The notes under the pieces were generated by a model. The model saw only the letters and a program-made list of their open reading frames with translations. It made no database searches and was not told where the DNA came from. Source: a virus. From it: a stretch of 64,000 nucleotides of DNA. The stretch is taken from positions 5,554-69,553 of IMG/VR virus record IMGVR_UViG_3300044260_000037; one strand, 5' to 3'. Both the position numbers and the translations under genes were made by a program. Positions 57,326 to 64,000 of this stretch are shown one piece after another (within the stretch, counting starts at the first letter, position 1; the number at the start of each line of letters is the position of its first letter).

Positions 57326-58746
57326 CGATCAACCGGGAAGTTGTTTGGGTTCCTAAGACCCTGATTGCGGATCTTGCAGCGGAACGCAAGCGGCTTACCA
57401 TTAGCAGTTACTTCGATCGCGAACAGAAGATCCCCTTGTACTTGGAAACTGCAACTGCCCTTGGCTATCCTCGACATTGGAAAGGCTGGTGGCAGAAGCA
57501 ATGGTATCTTGTGGAAAACGAATACGAAGATCAAACAGTACTAGGGGATCATATCTCATTCAAGATTAAGTCGAGTTACCGGGCGGGCCAGGAGGACTTT
57601 TTGAACCAGTTTCAACGCAGGTTGAAATCAGGTGTTACCGGGTTTCTCTTCGACCTTCCCATGGGGAGCGGAAAGACATTTGTCGGGCTTCATGCCATTC
57701 AGATCATAGGGCGGCGTGCCCTGGTAGTTTTGAGCAAGTCCGATCTTATTAGGCAATGGCGGGAGGAAATTGCCAAGCACACGGATATTCCAGCCGACAA
57801 GGTCGGCATTGCACAGGTAGGCAAAGTCGATTGGAAAGGCAAATGGATTGTCCTCGGGCTTGTTCATACCTTTGGTAAGCAGCGGTTCAGCCCGGCGCTT
57901 CATAAGCATTTTGGCACTGTGATTTGGGATGAACCCGACAGATCCGTTCCCCCGGAGACATTCGCTCCAGTGGCCTGTTTATTTCCCGCCCGATATCGTA
58001 TTGCAATGGGCGCGACTCTGCAACGCAAGGATGGTATGCACCGGGTTATCGAGGCACACATGGGCGAATGTTATCTCAAGAGCGACATAGGAGAACGGGT
58101 GGCGAGTAGTGTTTTGGCAGTTAACTTCAAGACACCAGCTCCTGCTCGTATCTCTCCAAAGATGCCGTTTTACATGCGGCGCACACGGCTTTTGGAACTG
58201 CTTACAACAGACCCGGCCCGTAATGCATTCATTCTATCGCTAATCAAGTCTTACCTAGTTAAGCCAGATCGGCACTGTGCAATAGTGGTGGAGCATACGG
58301 CCCTGATATACACCTTACGGGCGCTACTCATTCAACAAGGTATTGTCAAAGAGACAGAGATAGGGATCTATGCCGCATCGCTTTCTCGACTTAAAGAAGG
58401 CCGATCCAAGAAGGGAAAACTCATTCATGTGCGGCAGTCCTTGCGGACAATCAAAGCAGAGGAACAGGACGCAGCCAAAGACAAGCGTATTATCCTCACG
58501 ACCTATGGGATGTTCAGTTATGGAACGAATATCCCGGTCCTGGCCGGGCTTATAATGGCGCATCCTCGGGCAGATATTACTCAGCTTATAGGCCGTATTG
58601 AGCGGGTAGCTGACAACAAGCCTTTGCCTATCCTTACAGATATTGTAGACATAGCATACCCGGATGCAGTCAAATGGGGCAAAGCCCGGCTAAAAGTCTA
58701 TCAGCAGCGCGGCATGAAGATAGGTCGTTTGAAGGAGGCAAAATGA
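57319..58746 (+). CDS. Superfamily 2 helicase (UvsW/XPB-like)
   Basis: LPMGSGKT, WDEPD, GATLQRKDG, QLIGRIER. Confidence 0.85.
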   Translation: MVTINREVVWVPKTLIADLAAERKRLTISSYFDREQKIPLYLETATALGYPRHWKGWWQKQWYLVENEYEDQTVLGDHISFKIKSSYRAGQEDFLNQFQRRLKSGVTGFLFDLPMGSGKTFVGLHAIQIIGRRALVVLSKSDLIRQWREEIAKHTDIPADKVGIAQVGKVDWKGKWIVLGLVHTFGKQRFSPALHKHFGTVIWDEPDRSVPPETFAPVACLFPARYRIAMGATLQRKDGMHRVIEAHMGECYLKSDIGERVASSVLAVNFKTPAPARISPKMPFYMRRTRLLELLTTDPARNAFILSLIKSYLVKPDRHCAIVVEHTALIYTLRALLIQQGIVKETEIGIYAASLSRLKEGRSKKGKLIHVRQSLRTIKAEEQDAAKDKRIILTTYGMFSYGTNIPVLAGLIMAHPRADITQLIGRIERVADNKPLPILTDIVDIAYPDAVKWGKARLKVYQQRGMKIGRLKEAK

Positions 58747-58910
58747 TCACCACGCTTTTTGTAATCGGATTTGTAGGTATTTTGGTAGATTTGATAATGT
58801 TTTGGCCGCATCCTATGACTCCGCTTCGCGCAAAGATATCTATAGCAGCCGGGAGTGTTGCATATGTTGCTTTTGTGTTGTTATGGATTCTATGGGGAGC
58901 AAATAGATGA
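58743..58910 (+). CDS. Small membrane protein (2 TM)
   Basis: GGAGG RBS; two hydrophobic helices. Confidence 0.55.
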   Translation: MITTLFVIGFVGILVDLIMFWPHPMTPLRAKISIAAGSVAYVAFVLLWILWGANR

Positions 58911-59236
58911 AAAAGATTGAAGAGGCAGTAATGATGGTGCGTCGCACCTATTCAGAAAGCGGCAAGATTCTCAAAGTATCCGAGAAATCCAAACCTATTG
59001 CTGTGAGGATCTTTGCCACCGAACCGGCCAAGACCTGGGCTTCTGTTCATAAGACAATACCGCTGGAGAAATACGGCGAGCCTTACGCAAACGTCAAGAT
59101 TGATGTGGGCTTGGCAATGCCTTGTTATGCAGAGGAGGAGCCAGAGGCTTACAAGTACATGCTAGAAACAGTCAAGAAGAGGCTGCTCACTGAGGAATCC
59201 AAAGTTCGCAAAGCCTACCGAAAGAAGGGCATATGA
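58907..59236 (+). CDS. Hypothetical protein
   Basis: GGGAG RBS; 109 aa; coupled to neighbours. Confidence 0.65.
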   Translation: MKKIEEAVMMVRRTYSESGKILKVSEKSKPIAVRIFATEPAKTWASVHKTIPLEKYGEPYANVKIDVGLAMPCYAEEEPEAYKYMLETVKKRLLTEESKVRKAYRKKGI

Positions 59237-60501
59237 AAGAACCTACCAAGCCAGCGATTGCCCCACGGACACTTGCAGCGGCTCGCCTTGCCGTTAATAA
59301 GCAATGGGGCAAGAACACAGTGACAGCGGGCGATGAACTTATGTTCCATGCCCCGAAACTATCAACAGGCGTCTTTATGTCTACCTATTGCATGGGTGGC
59401 GGCTACCCTGTTGGGTTTTTGACCCGGCTAAAAGGCCCGGAGAGTGGCGGCAAAAGCACTCTTTGCCTGGATGCTATGCGGTCCGCCGCTGCGTCTTGTT
59501 GGCGGTGTTTCAACATTGCAGAGTTTTGCACTTGCAGTCTTCCCCCTTTGCGGATGCGTAGTGTGTTTGCAGACCCGGAGAATACTTTCGAGCGAGCATG
59601 GGCGGAAGCAATCAAAGTCCCTTCAGAATCATATGAACATGTTCTCGCCAATGACGGCCAGGAGTATCTGGATATTTGCGAGCTTATGCTAGGTGCGGAT
59701 GACTGTGGTCTTTTGATTGTGGACTCCATTGCCATGCTTCTGCCCCCGGTGGAGGTTAGCCGTTCCATTGGTGACAATAAGATTGCCAGCCACGCCGCAC
59801 TCATTACCGGCATGGTCAATCGATTCCAGACCAAACTTGGAAAGGAGCGCAAAAGAGGGCATCCCTGCATGGTCTTAGCTACTAATCAACTACGCTCTAA
59901 AGTAGGCGTCCAGTTCGGCAACCCCGAATCAGAAACTGGCGGCCATGCGTGGCGGCATTTGTTTGTCTTCGGTCTTCGTATCAGCAAAGTGGCTCCAGAG
60001 GAAGGCGACAAACTATTCTGGAAAGGAGAAGTTCCTAAGGAGCTAGAAGAAGCCCCGCAAAAGGGTAAACAGATATTCGAGGAGCCGGAAGACGAGGGCG
60101 ACAGAAAGAAAAAGAACAAGAAGGTCAATCTCTTTGAGAGCACTAGTCGCAAGATGCGCCTTGTCCAGCGGCATAACTTTACCATTGACAAGAACAAGAA
60201 ATACATGATCAGCCCTCATGGCTCGTTTCTCCGGGTGGTTGATAATGTTTGGGATCTATCAGATCCCCCGAACCTCCTGCATCCTCGTGGCTCCATTGTT
60301 GACCAGAAGCAAGTTATCAACTATGCCAAGCGTCATGGCCTTTTGGAGAAGGTCAAGGAGAAATATAGAATCAAAGGGCTGATTGACAAGGTAGACACGC
60401 AAGAGGAACTCTTGACCATGCTCAAGACGAACCTCCCCTTGTATTACCAGTTGCAAAAGGTTATTGCCGACACAGCACGTAAACAGGCGTTTGGAGAGTA
60501 A
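59233..60501 (+). CDS. recA: RecA-family recombinase
   Basis: LSTG..GGGYP.G, GPESGGKST, IVDSIA, NQLRSKVGVQFGNPE..TGG. Confidence 0.9.
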   Translation: MKEPTKPAIAPRTLAAARLAVNKQWGKNTVTAGDELMFHAPKLSTGVFMSTYCMGGGYPVGFLTRLKGPESGGKSTLCLDAMRSAAASCWRCFNIAEFCTCSLPPLRMRSVFADPENTFERAWAEAIKVPSESYEHVLANDGQEYLDICELMLGADDCGLLIVDSIAMLLPPVEVSRSIGDNKIASHAALITGMVNRFQTKLGKERKRGHPCMVLATNQLRSKVGVQFGNPESETGGHAWRHLFVFGLRISKVAPEEGDKLFWKGEVPKELEEAPQKGKQIFEEPEDEGDRKKKNKKVNLFESTSRKMRLVQRHNFTIDKNKKYMISPHGSFLRVVDNVWDLSDPPNLLHPRGSIVDQKQVINYAKRHGLLEKVKEKYRIKGLIDKVDTQEELLTMLKTNLPLYYQLQKVIADTARKQAFGE

Positions 60502-60504
60502 CAA

Positions 60505-60726
60505 ATGACATCGCCATTTGATAGGTTATTGGAGTCTATTCCATGGGAAACAGTTAAAGAAGTGGAGGAGGAGCCCATAGAAGGCGAATTGCCGCATATC
60601 ACTCACAAAGGCGTTTTGAAAATCATGGATGTAGAAATTCAAGTTTATCAACTTAGCAATGGGATGCGCATAATTCCTGAAGAGGAATTTTATCGGCTTG
60701 GTTTGTTGCCATTACCAGGAGAATAG
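60505..60726 (+). CDS. Hypothetical protein
   Basis: GGAG RBS; 73 aa. Confidence 0.6.
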   Translation: MTSPFDRLLESIPWETVKEVEEEPIEGELPHITHKGVLKIMDVEIQVYQLSNGMRIIPEEEFYRLGLLPLPGE

Positions 60727-60728
60727 CC

Positions 60729-61214
60729 ATGCCTACAGTTCATTGCACAGTTTGCGGGAAACAAATGGCCGTCCGTCCGCAGTCTATGAGAACAGTCCAC
60801 AGAGAAACCGCAACCTGCGGGGCTGAGTGCTTTCTGTCCCTTCTCAAGTCTGACAAAGGTGCTTTGCCGATGGAAGCCCTTTATAACACCCCGGATGACA
60901 TGGATTGTTCTTATACTGCTTGGTCGGCGCTTCTGAGGACGGCATTCAGATCCGGCAAGGAACGGTCCTTTGCCGAGTTCATGTATCATCAAAAGATTGA
61001 CTTCAAATATGAGCGGTATGTTCTACCGATCGGCACCACGATTTCGATCCCCGATTTTTGGTTCCCCCGGTGGCACACCTTCGTTGAAGTCAAGGGCATG
61101 TGGGCGATTGGCGGCCCTGCCAAGCTGCAGGCGCTCGCAGTCAAGTATCCTAACATGCGGCTATTGCTTTTAAGCACTCATATAGGATGGGATTATGACA
61201 AGAGGTGTAAGTAA
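60729..61214 (+). CDS. Zinc finger + PD-(D/E)xK endonuclease (T7 endonuclease I-like)
   Basis: CTVC..CGAEC; FRS..E..F, KYE, PDF, FVEVKG. Confidence 0.75.
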   Translation: MPTVHCTVCGKQMAVRPQSMRTVHRETATCGAECFLSLLKSDKGALPMEALYNTPDDMDCSYTAWSALLRTAFRSGKERSFAEFMYHQKIDFKYERYVLPIGTTISIPDFWFPRWHTFVEVKGMWAIGGPAKLQALAVKYPNMRLLLLSTHIGWDYDKRCK

Positions 61215-61468
61215 TGGAACATAAATTTCATTTGTGCAAAAGAACGTCTTGCATGGTATGCAATGGCGGTCTTTCGCTTTGTACTATTTGTGGCGGCGCA
61301 GAAGGGTCATTGACTACGGATTGCCCTGGTAAGCAGCTTACAGGAAAAGAGCAAGACAAGATTTACGCCGGGAGCCTAGATTTTCGAGACGGTAGTTGGG
61401 TGTCCGCACCTAATCCTACTAATCAACGTTGGCGACAAGCTAGAAGCTATCTGGAAACTAAGTCATGA
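61214..61468 (+). CDS. Cys-rich small protein
   Basis: CMVCNGGL..CTICGGAEGSLTTDCPG. Confidence 0.65.
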   Translation: MEHKFHLCKRTSCMVCNGGLSLCTICGGAEGSLTTDCPGKQLTGKEQDKIYAGSLDFRDGSWVSAPNPTNQRWRQARSYLETKS

Positions 61469-62343
61469 CAGGCTATCGTTTAGTCGGCACTAGCAAAGGC
61501 CCGAGTAAGTTTAACCTTACGGAAATTGAACGCAAAGGCTCGGCAGAGGATGTGGCGATTGTTCATACCTTCGCCGCGCCTGCGGAAGAGAGACAAGACA
61601 TCCGACTGCCAAGGGCATCAAGCCTATATTCGGCCTGCATTCGAATGCATGTTCTCGGCACTCTGAACAAAGCAGTCAAAATGGAACGCATAACTCCAGC
61701 GCAGCGGGCCACGTTTGGTATTGGTAAAGCAATCCACTGGTGGGCGCAGAACACTAATGAGGTGTTCGGTCAGAATAGGTATGGCTGGTGGAAATGTCTT
61801 GCCTGCGGGCGGCGTGTCGGTTTTGGAAAGCCCCGGACACGTAACTGCAAGTGCGGGGCGTCCCCTCATGCTTTTCATTATGATGAGTTCCACCTTGAAA
61901 CAAAGAGCCCTCTTCCCATGACCGGGCATCCTGACATGTTCCGGCTGGCCTCCCCTGGGCTGCTTCGTGTTTGGGAGATTAAAAGCATCGAGCGGGACAA
62001 CTTCAAGGCCCTGATCGCCCCCTCGATAGACTACACGTGGCAGATACAGGCATATATGTGGGCCTCGCCCAAAGCAGAGGTCATGCCAATGAAGGTCGAT
62101 CCTTATGTCGGGTATGTCATCTATGTCGCAAAGGGACAGACGGGCGGTTACCCCTTCAAAGTCTACCCCGTCAAGCGAGACAAGGTTATCCTGGCACAGA
62201 TCAAAGACAAGCTCCGTGCCTATCATCTAGGCGTAAAGACCGGCATTGCCCCTGCCCCGCAGGAGAAGTGTCAGCGGGCCGACTTTGGTTCCTATGAGGC
62301 CCGGAAATGTCCCTGCGTTGAACTATGTAAAGGAGTCTCATGA
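61465..62343 (+). CDS. Cas4-like PD-(D/E)xK exonuclease
   Basis: RASSL..C.R, GHPD, EIKS, QIQAYM, C-terminal Cys cluster; internal CLAC/CKC ribbon. Confidence 0.78.
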   Translation: MTGYRLVGTSKGPSKFNLTEIERKGSAEDVAIVHTFAAPAEERQDIRLPRASSLYSACIRMHVLGTLNKAVKMERITPAQRATFGIGKAIHWWAQNTNEVFGQNRYGWWKCLACGRRVGFGKPRTRNCKCGASPHAFHYDEFHLETKSPLPMTGHPDMFRLASPGLLRVWEIKSIERDNFKALIAPSIDYTWQIQAYMWASPKAEVMPMKVDPYVGYVIYVAKGQTGGYPFKVYPVKRDKVILAQIKDKLRAYHLGVKTGIAPAPQEKCQRADFGSYEARKCPCVELCKGVS

Positions 62344-62750
62344 CCACAATAAAGTCCGCAAAAGCCAAAGGGCGAGAATTTGCCAAACGTAGTATGCTGC
62401 TCTTTAAGTCTGCCTTCAAATTGGAGGAGCATGATATACGAACCACAGTTGGGTACGAGAATGGCGCAGACTTCGTCCTAATAACCGACAAAGCACGCAA
62501 GCGGATTGGACTTTCCGTGGAATGCAAGGACCGAAAGTCCCTTGGAATATTTGCCGCCCTGGAACAGGCAAAGAAGAACCTTTACCCCGGCACCGTCGAG
62601 GCAGTTGTTTTCAAGAACGGTGCACCCGGCTTGCCAGGACAGCATAAGACCTATATTACTGTGCCATTGGACCATTATCTCGGCATCCGACGGCGATTAA
62701 ATGCAGCGAAGAGGAAGATCAAGAAGCTGTCTAATAAATTGGCAAGTTAG
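62340..62750 (+). CDS. Holliday junction resolvase-like nuclease
   Basis: SAKAKGR, GAD, SVECK..AL.QA. Confidence 0.75.
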   Translation: MTTIKSAKAKGREFAKRSMLLFKSAFKLEEHDIRTTVGYENGADFVLITDKARKRIGLSVECKDRKSLGIFAALEQAKKNLYPGTVEAVVFKNGAPGLPGQHKTYITVPLDHYLGIRRRLNAAKRKIKKLSNKLAS

Positions 62751-62758
62751 CCGAAATC

Positions 62759-62787
62759 TAGACTTTTTACCTGTTTGGCATTATACT
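62759..62787 (+). promoter_or_regulatory. Sigma70-type promoter
   Basis: TAGACT-N17-TATACT upstream of the AAA gene RBS. Confidence 0.55.
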
Positions 62788-62822
62788 CCCTCTGATTTTA
62801 GTGCCAATAGCAGGAGGGTCAG

Positions 62823-64000
62823 TTGCAACCAAGTATCACCGATCTTTTTCGTGCCTCTTATTCCTGCATCTTTATCCCAACATCAGACTATGAGGGAGCA
62901 GAAGAAGCGGTCCGAGAGGCGGTTGTTGTTCTTAATAGGGACGACGACCGGCGCGACAAGGACGGTAAGGCAGTTGTGTCCAAATTTGCTGTCTGGAGGG
63001 TTACAGATGGCATGAGGACATGGGACGTCAGCGCGGCAGATGGTTCCCCATTGGCAGACAGGCTCCAGCCTGCGGTTGCCAATGCAACATTTGTTCAGGC
63101 ACTGGCAAAGATGGTCCAAGAGCCAGGGTCCACGATTCTAGTCATGCACAACGTGCGATCCTTCATTAACCAGCCCACAAACAGTCAGCTAGTCATTGAT
63201 GCAGCATTGGCGGCCCGCCAGAAGTTTTCCAGCCTAGTCTTTATCGGCCCGACCCTGGAGGCCCCTCAAGTTGGAGGGGTAATGCCGGAACTGGAAAACA
63301 TCGTCTATTTCTATGATTTCCCCTTGCCAGACCGGAAGAAGCTCATTGACATACTGGTCGATAAGGTTGCTTTACCAAACAGGGACACAGCTCCGGAAGC
63401 CCTTATTTGGCCGGATAACAAGGAGCGCCCCCCGGATGGCGAAACTTACGAACTATTCAGGAAAAGGAGGGTCTATGAACTAAACAAGGATCTATTGGAC
63501 CACGTTGCAGCCTGTGCCTCCGGCCTCGACCCATTGTCGGCAGAAAATGCCTTTGCGTTATCTCTGGCGATGACGGACCGATTCGATCCGAAACTCATTC
63601 AGGAGCAGAAACGGCAAGCCATCAAGAAGTCGCAAGTCCTCTCGTTCATTGCTTCCGACGAAACACTAAAGCAAGTCGGCGGCTTTCAGAGGTATAAAGA
63701 CTGGCTCAATATCCGCAAGTGCGCGTTCACTCCTGAGGCGGAGCAATACGGCGTAGATCATCCCAAAGGGGTGCTTTTCGTCGGTCATGCTGGAACTGGG
63801 AAGTCACTGGCGGCAAAAGCAACTGCCAGCGGTCTTGGGCTGCCTCTTCTGAGATTTGACATGTCGGCCGTATTTGGAAAATGGGTCGGCGAATCGGAAG
63901 GCAACATGCGGGCGGCGCTTAAGGTTGCAGAAGCGGTTGCACCTTGTGTCCTATGGTGCGATGAGATTGAAAAGGCTATTGCCGGGTCCAGCGGCGGCGC
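62823..64000 (+). CDS. Ycf46-like AAA+ ATPase (partial, runs off the window; absent from the ORF track)
   Basis: AGGAGG RBS then TTG; EQKRQAIKKS, VGG...KDWL, PKGVLFVGHAGTGKSL.AK, VGESEGN, APCVLWCDEIEK. Confidence 0.85.
   Translation, partial: MQPSITDLFRASYSCIFIPTSDYEGAEEAVREAVVVLNRDDDRRDKDGKAVVSKFAVWRVTDGMRTWDVSAADGSPLADRLQPAVANATFVQALAKMVQEPGSTILVMHNVRSFINQPTNSQLVIDAALAARQKFSSLVFIGPTLEAPQVGGVMPELENIVYFYDFPLPDRKKLIDILVDKVALPNRDTAPEALIWPDNKERPPDGETYELFRKRRVYELNKDLLDHVAACASGLDPLSAENAFALSLAMTDRFDPKLIQEQKRQAIKKSQVLSFIASDETLKQVGGFQRYKDWLNIRKCAFTPEAEQYGVDHPKGVLFVGHAGTGKSLAAKATASGLGLPLLRFDMSAVFGKWVGESEGNMRAALKVAEAVAPCVLWCDEIEKAIAGSSGG

Noticed and set aside
61465..62343. CRISPR-Cas adaptation module
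   Set aside because: Solo Cas4-like nuclease in a recombination operon; no cas1/cas2 and no repeat-spacer array seen

Overview
This window is a 64-kb internal segment of a large tailed dsDNA phage (Caudoviricetes), almost all on the + strand. It contains no tRNA, rRNA, CRISPR array or integrase that I can see. Order of content: (1) 1-22.3 kb, tail and virion-appendage genes, including a Kelch-propeller protein, two tail-tube-like paralogues, Thr-tailed proteins, a Nal1/trypsin-like protease fused to fibre domains, an Mtd_N protein and three paralogous fibre proteins. (2) 22.3-40.4 kb, an accessory and lysis region with six glycosyltransferases, two methyltransferase domains, an O-acetyltransferase, QueE, a papain-like peptidase, an NlpC/P60 hydrolase interrupted by one in-frame TGA, an outer-membrane porin, Rz/Rz1-like spanins and five free-standing HNH endonucleases. 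(3) A UDG-fused family A DNA polymerase carrying a LAGLIDADG intein. (4) An isolated head cassette: portal, a MuF protein with an HExxH extension, a motif-punctuated GNAT plus nuclease protein and an immunity-like gene. (5) A short minus-strand operon with DUF1257-like and DUF2997-like genes. (6) A putative origin and control region. (7) A replication and recombination operon (DnaB, primase, SSB, SF2 helicase, RecA, Cas4-like nuclease, resolvase) ending in a Ycf46-like AAA+ ATPase cut by the window edge. Spanins and the porin indicate a diderm host, possibly Desulfomonile-like Desulfobacterota (recalled resemblance, not a search). Best leads: the head-associated effector/immunity cassette with a repeated PRxxxGxF/W tag, the TGA plus SECIS-like hairpin in the lysin, possible virion O-glycosylation of poly-Thr tails, and a dispersed ~45-bp palindrome at three intergenic sites. 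All family assignments come from motif recognition by eye; no database searches were run.
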